IMG/VR virus record: IMGVR_UViG_2921643360_000001
Coordinates: 1 to 64,000 of that record
Reading direction: 5' to 3' (one strand)
Length of the DNA: 64,000 nt
From: a virus
Part shown: positions 53,709-62,454 of the stretch, piece by piece
Numbering within the stretch: position 1 is the stretch's first letter
Layout of the letters: each line of letters starts with the position of its first letter
The notes under the pieces: generated by a model
Databases searched by the model: none
What the model was told of the DNA's origin: nothing
Seen by the model: the letters and a program-made list of their open reading frames with translations, nothing else
Made by a program: the position numbers and the translations under genes

Positions 53709-53891
53709 ATGGTCCAAAACTACGCATTAGTCGCAAGCGGCGTCGTCGCTAATACCATCATTTGGGATGGCGACACTGAAAACTGGCAGCCCCCCGATGG
53801 TCAAGTGGTCGTGTTGATACCCAGTGACGCGGGGCCGGTGTCGATTGGCTGGAAATGCGACGGCTCGGCATTCACGTTACCTGAATTGTAA
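53709..53891 (+). CDS. 60-aa hypothetical protein (candidate rSAM substrate, or fibre assembly/adaptor)
   Basis: MVQNYALVASGVVANTIIWDGDTENWQPPDGQVVVLIPSDAGPVSIGWKCDGSAFTLPEL. ATG is 4 nt after the tail-fibre stop. GC looks lower than the flanks by eye, not computed. Confidence 0.4.
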   Translation: MVQNYALVASGVVANTIIWDGDTENWQPPDGQVVVLIPSDAGPVSIGWKCDGSAFTLPEL

Positions 53892-53928
53892 AGACTGGTA
53901 ATATGCGCGTCTATAAGGAGCGCGCAGA

Positions 53929-55242
53929 ATGCTTATTTCGAAAATCGGCGGGGCGGTAAATAAGGTAGCGATGTCGGTCAAGCATCGCGTCGTCGGGCGG
54001 GCGATCTCTACGCTAGAGAAACCTCATCAGGCAGTTCCCGATGTCGCGATTCCCGATGTTCCCGAGACGGATGAGTCTGTTCTCGCTCGATCCGAGTCTA
54101 TTATTTCCCGGGCAATTTCTGCTGGCCGATCTGGCAAGCTGACCGTTGTTCCTGAGATGATCTCCGTCGCGGCCACGGAAAACTGCAATCTTAAGTGTGT
54201 TATGTGCCCAGGTCATGCGGGTATGAGCGGTCCGAAACTCTCAGTCAATGAGGCCGAAATGCTATTCGCCTCGCTCGCTGTTGAAGGCCCGCATTTTGGG
54301 TCGCCGAAGATCCTAGACATGACATCTGGTGAGCCCACGCTCAACCCCGACCTAGGGCCAATTTACGGCCGATTCAAAGAACTTTTCCCCGATTCGAAGA
54401 TTTCGATGATAAGCAACGGGACGATCCCCGTTCGCGGTCGAACCCGTGAAGCATTCGAACATGCTGACCGCATCGGTCTTTCGATGGACGGCGCGACGCA
54501 GGAGACGTATGAGCGGATCCGTCAAGGGTCGATATGGAAGAACGTCATTCGCAATGTGATGGACGTTGCTGAAATCAAGAAGTTGGGTGAGAACTGCGAG
54601 ACGTTGCAGATCATGATGGTTGTTATGGACCAGAATATCCATGAACTACCTGAAATGATCCGCCTCGCACATTCCCTTGGAATTCCGCAAGTGTTCGCGC
54701 AGGTTTCTGAGATTCGTACTACCCCCTTCAATATCGCAGGGCAGAACGTTTCGCTTACTCTCTCAAAGGAAAAACTCGCCCCTATAGTACACGAGGCGAA
54801 GCAGGAGGCTCAGCGACTCGGCTTGGATTTGACTCTTACGGCGCATCTGGAAAATTCACTCGTTCCGGATGAGCCAAAGCAACCAGCGACTGCTCAGATG
54901 ACACATGACGAGCGCGCGTTGAGTGTCGCGATTCGAACGTGTAATGTGCCGTGGATGCATGCACCGCGCATTTCGCAAAATCACGATGGGATCTACCCCA
55001 CAACGGTTTGCTGCCATATGCCGAATGTCCATGGCGCTGGCAATTTGGCACGCCGGGAGGAGTTCCGCGGGAAGTCGATCAACGAAATCTTCAACTCGCC
55101 ATACTATTGGGAAATTCGGGCTGGGTTGATGGATGGATCGCTTGCCAATGATGCATGCAAGGGTTGCCAGTATCACCAGATGACGCAGTGGACGGCCACC
55201 CAATTGCGCGAATTGGAAGAGGCCGTCGATGCATCAGTTTGA
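53929..55242 (+). CDS. radical SAM enzyme with C-terminal SPASM/twitch-like Cys cluster
   Basis: CNLKCVMC (the CxxxCxxC motif), SGEPTLNP glycine-rich SAM motif, and C-terminal CNVPW...CCHMP...CKGCQY. The first 60 nt are about 52 % GC, against higher-GC flanks. Confidence 0.85.
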   Translation: MLISKIGGAVNKVAMSVKHRVVGRAISTLEKPHQAVPDVAIPDVPETDESVLARSESIISRAISAGRSGKLTVVPEMISVAATENCNLKCVMCPGHAGMSGPKLSVNEAEMLFASLAVEGPHFGSPKILDMTSGEPTLNPDLGPIYGRFKELFPDSKISMISNGTIPVRGRTREAFEHADRIGLSMDGATQETYERIRQGSIWKNVIRNVMDVAEIKKLGENCETLQIMMVVMDQNIHELPEMIRLAHSLGIPQVFAQVSEIRTTPFNIAGQNVSLTLSKEKLAPIVHEAKQEAQRLGLDLTLTAHLENSLVPDEPKQPATAQMTHDERALSVAIRTCNVPWMHAPRISQNHDGIYPTTVCCHMPNVHGAGNLARREEFRGKSINEIFNSPYYWEIRAGLMDGSLANDACKGCQYHQMTQWTATQLRELEEAVDASV

Positions 55243-55605
55243 TTGATTCAGGGACGGGGATAACGACGGCGCCTCGCCACATTCGTTTTCGGCTAGTCCC
55301 TGCTCGTCTACAGGTCGGTCAGGAAAGCTCATAGGCGCTCGCATTCCGATCAGTGCCGTGAGTTTTCCGAAGAAGGACCGCTTGTGCGTCTCCAGTCCGA
55401 ACTCTCGTGCGCTTCGCTGGAAGTTGTCGACCTCCCCGGAGCAGAAGCAGGCGACATACCGGTAGGTCTCTCGTCGTCGATTCAGAAGGGCGAAATACGC
55501 ATAGACAGGCTGATCGAATTTCTTGATCTCTCCCACCTGTAAGCGCTCAACAAATGCTTTGTCCTGCTCCGGCATGTGCCGCGTAGTCAAAAGTATCGTC
55601 TGCAC
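55234..55605 (-). CDS. hypothetical protein
   Basis: 123 aa, convergent with the rSAM gene; AT-rich promoter-like region upstream. Confidence 0.4.
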   Translation of the reverse strand: MQTILLTTRHMPEQDKAFVERLQVGEIKKFDQPVYAYFALLNRRRETYRYVACFCSGEVDNFQRSAREFGLETHKRSFFGKLTALIGMRAPMSFPDRPVDEQGLAENECGEAPSLSPSLNQSN

Positions 55606-55706
55606 TTCGATCCTCCGTCTCTGGGTTATTTAGGATCGCGCTGAATGTTCAGGGGATTGCGTTGTTTTTCAATTCGTTACCCCTGTAACGACCGCCGATA
55701 ATACAC

Positions 55707-56504
55707 CTAAAATTTTATTTTCAGCTCCAGCGCATCGGCATCATTCCACAGTGGCGGAATTTCGCGCTTGTTGCTGTTGATGCTCATGAAGTAATGCCTG
55801 TAGCTCAAGGTGAGGCGACCGTTTCCTACGGACAGCCCAGCAACGGGCGCGACGGACCAGTAGGCATCGGAAACGCTGATGTCCTGTGCCGTCTGCGTTG
55901 GCCACGCCTTCCACCCGGCGACGTGCTCGGACCACGAGTCACGATGCACATAGGCGCCGACTTCTGCGCCGACGCGGACGCCGTAGACCCAGTAGTACGG
56001 CTCAAGCGTCAGCGCGACACCTTGTGATCGTCCTTCGCCCGTGAAATACGCCTGCGGTACGTCAACCTTACGCGTGTAAGAGTGCGACGATGGGTCGTAA
56101 TTCGCGTCATTCGGCGTGCATGAGCAGTCGGCTGCAGCGCGACCAAGATTGACGTATTCGGCGTGCCAGTCGACGCCCCATTTGCCGCGAGTGATGAGCG
56201 GACCAGTGAAGCCAGCAGAGAAAGCCGGCGGCTTGCTCGTCAGCTTTGAGCCGCCCGGAATGCCCTCCTGGTACCAGCGACCATCGGTCGTGGTGTACTT
56301 GGCCGCGCCAATGCCCAATTCGACCTGAACGTAATCGTTGATGTAATCAGCATGCGCCGACGCAGCGGCACAGCCCAAACTCATCGCAACAGCCGCCGCA
56401 CGCCACCGCGACCCAACGCGGCGATTCGTGCGTGAAGCCGTAACCTGTTGGCGCGGAACTCGGCGACCGCGTGAAGCCTGAACCACCCGATTTTGCGTGT
56501 GCAT
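55707..56504 (-). CDS. outer-membrane beta-barrel protein (Lom/Ail-like or PagL-like moron)
   Basis: Signal peptide (RWRAAAVAMSLGCAAASAHA|DY); alternating amphipathic beta-strands; C-terminus ...LELKIKF ends in Phe. The true start is uncertain. Confidence 0.6.
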   Translation of the reverse strand: MHTQNRVVQASRGRRVPRQQVTASRTNRRVGSRWRAAAVAMSLGCAAASAHADYINDYVQVELGIGAAKYTTTDGRWYQEGIPGGSKLTSKPPAFSAGFTGPLITRGKWGVDWHAEYVNLGRAAADCSCTPNDANYDPSSHSYTRKVDVPQAYFTGEGRSQGVALTLEPYYWVYGVRVGAEVGAYVHRDSWSEHVAGWKAWPTQTAQDISVSDAYWSVAPVAGLSVGNGRLTLSYRHYFMSINSNKREIPPLWNDADALELKIKF

Positions 56505-56506
56505 TT

Positions 56507-57187
56507 TTATTCTCCGAGCGCAACTGTCAAATTAGCTGCGTGATTTGCTGTCCAGACGGTTGCGAAAGCTTGCAGCGATGCTTTGCGCTCGTCATAGTCC
56601 TTGCCCAAGCCGATCATTACGGCGTTGCGCTCTTCCAGTCTTGCCAGAAGATCGAGCGCAGTCGTTGACAGGCTGTCGCGCTCAAGAGATTGAAACTTGC
56701 CTGATGCGGCCCAGTTGACCAGCCGCGCCTCATTGGAAAAATGATGCGGAGCGCATGTCTTGCCGATGGCCTCGCGGCTCAATTGCACAATCTGCGACAT
56801 GACCTTGTATGACGCTGCGGCTTCGTGGCGAAGACGTTTCTGGTCAAAGTGCGGATGCTGGCGTGTGATGAGCGCACGAATTTGCCGATCGCACCAGATA
56901 GCGAAGCGCACGTCCAGCCATCGGGCGAATCCAACCGCAAGATCGGGATGAAGCCAAGTTCCGCCGCTCTTGCCGCGCAAGGTGCGAATCCAATTACCAG
57001 ATTCTCCGGTATTTAAGGATTCATCCAAGGCAGCGATGTATTCCTGTGTGGCAGGAAGGGCGAGCCAGTCATTCGGACGCTTGCCGAATTGCGAGGCGAT
57101 GGCTGTCGCATTGAACCAACCTTCGTCAGTAAATGAGACGGCCACGCCTTGGTAGTCTGCGACGATGATTTGCTGTTTGGGGGCCAT
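56507..57187 (-). CDS. KilA-N domain protein
   Basis: N-terminal KilA-N/APSES-like segment (VSFTDEGWFNATAIASQFGKRPNDWL...GGTWLHPDLAVGFARWLD). Confidence 0.65.
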   Translation of the reverse strand: MAPKQQIIVADYQGVAVSFTDEGWFNATAIASQFGKRPNDWLALPATQEYIAALDESLNTGESGNWIRTLRGKSGGTWLHPDLAVGFARWLDVRFAIWCDRQIRALITRQHPHFDQKRLRHEAAASYKVMSQIVQLSREAIGKTCAPHHFSNEARLVNWAASGKFQSLERDSLSTTALDLLARLEERNAVMIGLGKDYDERKASLQAFATVWTANHAANLTVALGE

Positions 57188-57212
57188 TACCGCGCTCCCA
57201 TGCTGAATGATG

Positions 57213-57509
57213 CTACTGCGTGTCTTCTCCAGCGGCCTCCGACATGTCCATCGTGGCGCCGACTTTGCGCATTTCGTCGATCACGGCTTCGATATCCCGC
57301 TGCTTGAGCACGAGTTTCGCCATAGCGAAAAACAGCATTTGCGCGCTGATCTTCCTCGGCTCCTTCCCGCCCGTATATTTCCTGAATTGCTTGTCGTCCG
57401 ATACACCGAACAACTCGGCCATCTGGGAGCCGGTATATCCAAGCCGCGCCTTGAGTCGCGCTAGGTCTTCTGGGGTCGGTGCTTCGTAGCGCATTGAGGA
57501 ATCGTCCAA
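57213..57509 (-). CDS. XRE-type HTH regulator
   Basis: DLARLKARLGYTGSQMAELFGVSDDKQFRKYTGG. Confidence 0.55.
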   Translation of the reverse strand: MDDSSMRYEAPTPEDLARLKARLGYTGSQMAELFGVSDDKQFRKYTGGKEPRKISAQMLFFAMAKLVLKQRDIEAVIDEMRKVGATMDMSEAAGEDTQ

Positions 57510-57691
57510 GGCTGCGCGAAAAATCGCGAAATGTTCTTCTCATGATTCTTCCTTTCGGAGTTGTCGGGTTGCCGGATGGCCGCCCTGTGATTGGAAGTAT
57601 CAGCCCCGAAGGGGGCATTTGTCAACAACTAAATTCGACCAACCAACCTGCCCGCCACGAGCGGGCTTTCTGCTTTAACGGGGCTTACTGA

Positions 57692-57976
57692 ATGGACAAC
57701 ACGGTCCTCTACATTGGCGGCGCTGTAGCTGGCGCTATCGGCACGGTTGCCTGGTGGGCTGTTCGTGCGATGCACGCGCGCATCAACGAGAACGCTAAAG
57801 ACCTCTCCGACTACAAGCTCTACGCGGAAAAGCGTTTCGTGACATCCGACGAACTGACGAAGGCCATCGGAAATCTCGAAGGATCAATCGAGCGCCTGAT
57901 TGAATCAGTCGATACCAACGCCAAGGAAATGCGCGAGTGGTTCCGGCTGCTCCAGCAGACGAAGGCAGATAAGTAA
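57692..57976 (+). CDS. holin-like protein (single N-terminal TM + coiled coil)
   Basis: LYIGGAVAGAIGTVAWWAV transmembrane segment. Sits immediately upstream of the endolysin. Confidence 0.45.
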   Translation: MDNTVLYIGGAVAGAIGTVAWWAVRAMHARINENAKDLSDYKLYAEKRFVTSDELTKAIGNLEGSIERLIESVDTNAKEMREWFRLLQQTKADK

Positions 57977-58014
57977 CCGCTTTATCCCCTGCAACACCGC
58001 TCTAAGGTATAGCC

Positions 58015-58629
58015 ATGCAACTCACAGCACAGATTGTCGCGTCAGGGTGTGGCTCAGCGCTTCTTCGGGCGGCGCAGTGGGTCGCCCCGCTCCAATCCGC
58101 CTGCGACCGCTACCACATCGACACGCCTCTGCGCGTCGCGGCCTTCCTGTCGCAGATCGGCGTCGAGTCTGCCCGCCTCACCGCCCTCGTCGAAAACCTG
58201 AATTACTCGGCAGAGGGTTTGCTCGCAACCTTCCCGAAGTACTTCAACGCAGTGCAGGCGGCGCAGTACGAGCGACAGCCGCAGCGCATCGCGAATCACG
58301 TCTACGCGAATCGGTACGGCAATGGTGACGAGGCGAGCGGAGATGGATTTCGATTTCGCGGCAGAGCGTTGCTCCAGATAACCTTTAGAGACAACTATGC
58401 CTCATGCGGTAAGGCGATTGCGCTGCCTCTCGACTCACATCCTGAGTTGCTTGAGCAACCATGCAATGCGGCGCTCGCGGCTGGCTGGTATTGGGACTCG
58501 CGCAACCTTAACCCGCTGGCCGATGCCGGTCGATTCGAGGGCATCACGCGCGCTATCAACGGCGGGCTCGCAGCGTATTCCGAACGCCTCGCTCTCTATA
58601 GCGCTGCAAAGAAGTCACTCGGTATCTGA
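58015..58629 (+). CDS. endolysin, glycoside hydrolase family 19 (chitinase-like)
   Basis: GH19 catalytic signature GNGDEASGDGFRFRGRALLQITFRDNY. Confidence 0.85.
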   Translation: MQLTAQIVASGCGSALLRAAQWVAPLQSACDRYHIDTPLRVAAFLSQIGVESARLTALVENLNYSAEGLLATFPKYFNAVQAAQYERQPQRIANHVYANRYGNGDEASGDGFRFRGRALLQITFRDNYASCGKAIALPLDSHPELLEQPCNAALAAGWYWDSRNLNPLADAGRFEGITRAINGGLAAYSERLALYSAAKKSLGI

Positions 58630-58803
58630 TTATCCCCTCGCATCCCTCGCTAAGGGATAGCGGCCAAACGGGTAATTTCACGATAACTGCGACACGCGTA
58701 GCTCGATCGTAGTCCGAAATTTTGAGGTAAAATAGCGAGAGCGGAAAGGTACTTGCGATACCGATCCGCTCTCTAACCAAAGCCTGCTTACAAGGAGCAA
58801 ACT

Positions 58804-59472
58804 ATGGCTATCCGCAAGTATATCGCATCTGGCGAAATCCTCCATGGTTGGGTCTACGTCCGAGAGGGCGTGGATCGCGGCAGGACTCGGCACATCTTCG
58901 CAATGTGCCCCTCATGCAAAAACGAAGTCGAAGTAAATGCGACTGAGGTGCGGACTGGAAAAAAGAAAATGTGCCGTCCATGTGCCGACAAATTCAACGG
59001 GGCGAGATGCCTGGTTCATGCAGAAAAGTGGGCGACGCACAGGATGTCAGGTTCGACAACTTACGAATCATGGCGGTCTATGATGAAGCGTTGCTACTTA
59101 GAAAGTGCAACGTTCTATCAATACTACGGCGGAAAAGGGGTCAAAGTTTGCGACCGTTGGCGGGATTCGTTCGCCAATTTCTTTGCTGATATGGGAGAGC
59201 GCCCTGAAGGCATGACCTTGGACAGATACCCCGACAAGAACGGTGACTACGCGCCGGGTAACTGCAGATGGGCAACGCCAACGGAACAGATTCGCAACAG
59301 AAATACCACGGTGTATATTGAGTTCCGGGGGTTGCGCAAAACGATGAAGGAATGGGCGGATGAAATTGGTGTCGCCTACAAGACATTACGCGCAAGGATA
59401 GTTGACCAAGGATGGCCAATAGACCGCGCACTTACTACGCCGCTGCGGATCCACAGAAAGCACGTCCCATAA
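58804..59472 (+). CDS. HNH-like homing-endonuclease-like protein, paralogue 3
   Basis: CPSCK...CRPC ribbon; YGGKGVKVCDRW...ADMGERPEGMTLDRYPDKNGDYAPGNCRWATPTEQIRNR. Same 5' and 3' flanks as paralogue 2. Confidence 0.55.
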   Translation: MAIRKYIASGEILHGWVYVREGVDRGRTRHIFAMCPSCKNEVEVNATEVRTGKKKMCRPCADKFNGARCLVHAEKWATHRMSGSTTYESWRSMMKRCYLESATFYQYYGGKGVKVCDRWRDSFANFFADMGERPEGMTLDRYPDKNGDYAPGNCRWATPTEQIRNRNTTVYIEFRGLRKTMKEWADEIGVAYKTLRARIVDQGWPIDRALTTPLRIHRKHVP

Positions 59473-59497
59473 ATCAAAGAAGTCGCTGCGACTGACA

Positions 59498-59522
59498 AGC
59501 CCGCCATTGTGCGGGCTTTTTG
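59498..59522 (+). terminator. rho-independent terminator
   Basis: AGCCCGC-CATTGT-GCGGGCT followed by TTTTTGTTTT. Confidence 0.7.
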
Positions 59523-59546
59523 TTTTCCATCCATTGAAGATTACGC

Positions 59547-59993
59547 ATGCCAACACCTCTACTCCGTGACGCGGGGTCAAGCGGCAGTGTGACCGGCGCG
59601 AATGCTATTGCCAACAACGCCTATTCCAATAGCGCGGACAAGTTGCGGATTCAGTTAAGCGCGATCGGAACAAACTATCTGCTGGCTGATTTCCGGCTTA
59701 CTTCTGCCACATTCGCCAGCGCTCCGACGACTGGCGTTATCCAGCTTGCAAAAGTCCCGCGCGACTTCAGCGGAAACGCAGGGCCGACGCCCTCTGCTTC
59801 GATGCTGGCGACGCAGATCTATACGATGGGACCCGCCCCCTCAACCGGGAACGCCTCAACAAGCTGGGTCATGTCCGTCGATTCGGTCCCGCTCGATGCT
59901 GATGCGGACTACTGGGTCTTCAACAACGCAACCGGCGTTTCTCTCAACTCGGGATGGGTGCTTACCTATGTCCCGTGGTCACCTGGAACGTAA
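59547..59993 (+). CDS. hypothetical fibre-module protein
   Basis: 148 aa, Ser/Ala/Thr-rich. Confidence 0.4.
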   Translation: MPTPLLRDAGSSGSVTGANAIANNAYSNSADKLRIQLSAIGTNYLLADFRLTSATFASAPTTGVIQLAKVPRDFSGNAGPTPSASMLATQIYTMGPAPSTGNASTSWVMSVDSVPLDADADYWVFNNATGVSLNSGWVLTYVPWSPGT

Positions 59994-59999
59994 TCACAC

Positions 60000-60215
60000 A
60001 TGGCACTCATCAACGTTGCGCTTCCCGGCGCATCTGAAATCACGCAGATGGACGACGCTGACCTTCACAAGCTCGAAGGCAGTTACGAGAATGAAAACGA
60101 GATCGTTGGCTGGGTCCAATACCACCTCAAGACAACCGGCGACCTCGTGCATCGCAGCGTGAATATGCACCTGAAGACGGTTCCGGCAGAACTCGCGCAA
60201 GCACTCATTGGATAA
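60000..60215 (+). CDS. hypothetical small protein
   Basis: 71 aa. Confidence 0.35.
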   Translation: MALINVALPGASEITQMDDADLHKLEGSYENENEIVGWVQYHLKTTGDLVHRSVNMHLKTVPAELAQALIG

Positions 60216-60227
60216 CGGAGATTACAA

Positions 60228-60677
60228 ATGGCGAACACGCAAGGGCTCGCAAATTCTTTCAAAAATGAGGTTCTTCTCGGCCTCCACCAGTTCGGTTCGG
60301 CGACGCTCACATCGCGCGGCAGTCTGACGACTCCGACGACAGACACGTTCAAGGCGGCTCTGTATCTGGCGTCCGGCTCACTCGGCGCAGGGACGACCGC
60401 CTATAGCGCGACCAGCGAAGTATCAGGCACGAACTACTCGGCGGGCGGCGTCACGGTGACGAATGCCAACGCACCGAGCGGCGGCCAGTGGACGCCCTCC
60501 GCCTCCATCGTCTACACGAACGTTACGCTCTCGACATCTTTCGATACGGTCCTGATCTACAACTCGACGCAGGGCAATCGCGCGGTCGGAACTTTTGTAT
60601 TCGGAGCGCAGACGATCACCGCCGGCACCCTCACGCTAACCATGCCCGGTTCGGGCGGACTCATCGCGATTAACTAA
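60228..60677 (+). CDS. hypothetical fibre-module protein
   Basis: 149 aa, beta-rich S/T/G composition. Confidence 0.4.
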   Translation: MANTQGLANSFKNEVLLGLHQFGSATLTSRGSLTTPTTDTFKAALYLASGSLGAGTTAYSATSEVSGTNYSAGGVTVTNANAPSGGQWTPSASIVYTNVTLSTSFDTVLIYNSTQGNRAVGTFVFGAQTITAGTLTLTMPGSGGLIAIN

Positions 60678-60682
60678 CTGCC

Positions 60683-62419
60683 ATGGGCGCGCCAGACCTC
60701 TCAAACTGGATCTGGCCGGACGCGGATCTACAGCGCCAGCCTCAGGGCGTGGTCACGGTCAACCCTCAGGTTTTCCCCAGCGCGGTACGCTGCTTTGTCG
60801 GTGGCCGCGATGTGTTGACGAACATCAACCTGGCGCTCCCGCTCATCCAGACGCCAGCCGGAACGGGATATACAAACACCAGCAACTCGGCCGCCGCCAA
60901 GCAACTGTCGAGCACTCTAGCCACTTCGTCCGGCGCGGGCGCAGGTGATTTCACGATCATCTGTGTACACAATCTGGCGGCAAGCGGGTCTCAGAATTCG
61001 GTCGCCTGGGCGATTGACGCTAACAAGGCCGCCCCTGGCTTCTATGTCCAGATGAACGCCGACACGTCGGGTGCCTTGGCATCTGGCGATATGACGTTTG
61101 GGGACTTTAATAACGCGGGGATCGCGCTGACCGGGGCGGTTGACGGCAAAAGTCACGCAGTCATTTTCACGCGGCGCGGCACGACGCTCTATGCCTTCAT
61201 GGATGGGGCGCTGAAGTCTACGCTCGCCTCCTACACTTATGCCCTGCCCGCGTCGGGCAATGCGGAGTGGGTGGGAGGGTCAGGGTGGGCTAACACCGGC
61301 GTCGTCGGGGGTGGCGTCCCGCTTATCGCGGTGTCCAACCGGGGGTTGACGATTGCCGAGGGCGTGGCGCTCTCTGCTAACCCCTGGCAGATTTTCAAGC
61401 CGGCGACGATGGCGCTGTATATGCCAGCGGCTGCGGGCGGCGTGACGGTTGGGCTGTCTCAGGTAGCGGGTGCGGGTAGTGTCGGTGCTGTCGGCATCGC
61501 AACGGGGCTCTCGGCAACGGGCGTATCTGCGACTGGTGCGACGGGTTCTGCCGGATATGGCGAAGGTTATGCGATCACTGGTGCGGCGGCCACTGGCAGC
61601 ACGGGTATTGCTACGCCCGCCTCGTCTCCAGTTCTGGCAGGTGCCAGTGCGACAGGCTCGATGGGCACCGCTGCGCCTTCGATCACCGCAGCGCTGACCG
61701 GCGTATCGGGTGCATCGTCTGTCGGTAGCGTAACCCCCGGCACTTCGGCGGCCCTGACGCAAGTCGCCGCAACGGGATCGACGGGCTCGGTAAGTGAGGG
61801 TATTTCACTGGCCCTGTCTGGCGTCGCGGGAACGGGATATGTCGGCACCGTCTCATCTGGCGGCAACATCACGCAGGCGCTGTCCGGGGCCCCTGCTACT
61901 GGCGCTGTCGGCTCCGTATCCCCTTCCCTGTCGCTGGTTAGTTCTGGCGTCTCGGCAACGGGCAGCACGGGCTCTCTCGCTCCGACTCGCGCGCTATCCG
62001 GCGTATCTGGAGCCAGCACGACTGGCGCCGTCACGCAGTCGATATCGCCTACCCTCGTCGGCTCAAGCGCAGCCGGGTCAACAGGCGCTATCTCTGCGGG
62101 CGCGGACAAGAATGCAGCTCTGACTGGTGCTGCGGCAACGTCTTCCGTTGGCAGTGTTGGCACGAACGTCTCGATCGGTCTGGCTGGCATTTCCGCGACG
62201 GCATCGACCGGCGTTCTCGCGTCGAGCCTGACTTATGGACTGGTTGGAAATGCGTCGGCAACAAGCGTTGGATCGATTCTGGCCGTCACTCCAAAATCCA
62301 TCGCGGCCCCGCCTGTCACGTTCCCGATCTACCGAGAGCGGCGCGTGTTCAGCATTCCATCTGAAAGTCGCATATCGCCCGTTCCTGCCGAGAGGCGAAT
62401 CATCAAAGTCGCAGCCTAG
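60683..62419 (+). CDS. tandem-repeat fibre-like protein with N-terminal lectin/LamG-like region
   Basis: 578 aa. From about aa 240 there are roughly 17 degenerate ~20-aa repeats of the form L-x-G-x-S-A-T-G-S-x-G-S... A terminator follows. Confidence 0.5.
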   Translation: MGAPDLSNWIWPDADLQRQPQGVVTVNPQVFPSAVRCFVGGRDVLTNINLALPLIQTPAGTGYTNTSNSAAAKQLSSTLATSSGAGAGDFTIICVHNLAASGSQNSVAWAIDANKAAPGFYVQMNADTSGALASGDMTFGDFNNAGIALTGAVDGKSHAVIFTRRGTTLYAFMDGALKSTLASYTYALPASGNAEWVGGSGWANTGVVGGGVPLIAVSNRGLTIAEGVALSANPWQIFKPATMALYMPAAAGGVTVGLSQVAGAGSVGAVGIATGLSATGVSATGATGSAGYGEGYAITGAAATGSTGIATPASSPVLAGASATGSMGTAAPSITAALTGVSGASSVGSVTPGTSAALTQVAATGSTGSVSEGISLALSGVAGTGYVGTVSSGGNITQALSGAPATGAVGSVSPSLSLVSSGVSATGSTGSLAPTRALSGVSGASTTGAVTQSISPTLVGSSAAGSTGAISAGADKNAALTGAAATSSVGSVGTNVSIGLAGISATASTGVLASSLTYGLVGNASATSVGSILAVTPKSIAAPPVTFPIYRERRVFSIPSESRISPVPAERRIIKVAA

Positions 62420-62438
62420 CCCCGCAAGGGGCTTTTTC
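62418..62438 (+). terminator. rho-independent terminator
   Basis: AGCCCC-GCAA-GGGGCT followed by TTTTTCTTTT. Confidence 0.65.
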
Positions 62439-62454
62439 TTTTGGAGCGCGCCAT

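Noticed and set aside
55707-56504. Possibility that the OMP gene starts at the listed far-upstream Met (MHTQNRVVQ...)
   Set aside because: That would give an about 40-aa Arg-rich extension before the signal peptide. A shorter start, possibly non-ATG, just upstream of RRVGSRWRAAAVAMSLGCAAASAHA is more plausible but cannot be fixed without homologues. Coordinates are left as listed, with a caveat.
60683-62419. Diversity-generating retroelement or phase-variable repeat explanation for the tandem-repeat fibre protein
   Set aside because: No reverse transcriptase or template repeat exists anywhere in the window. The repeats are degenerate at the nucleotide level, so slipped-strand variation is unlikely.
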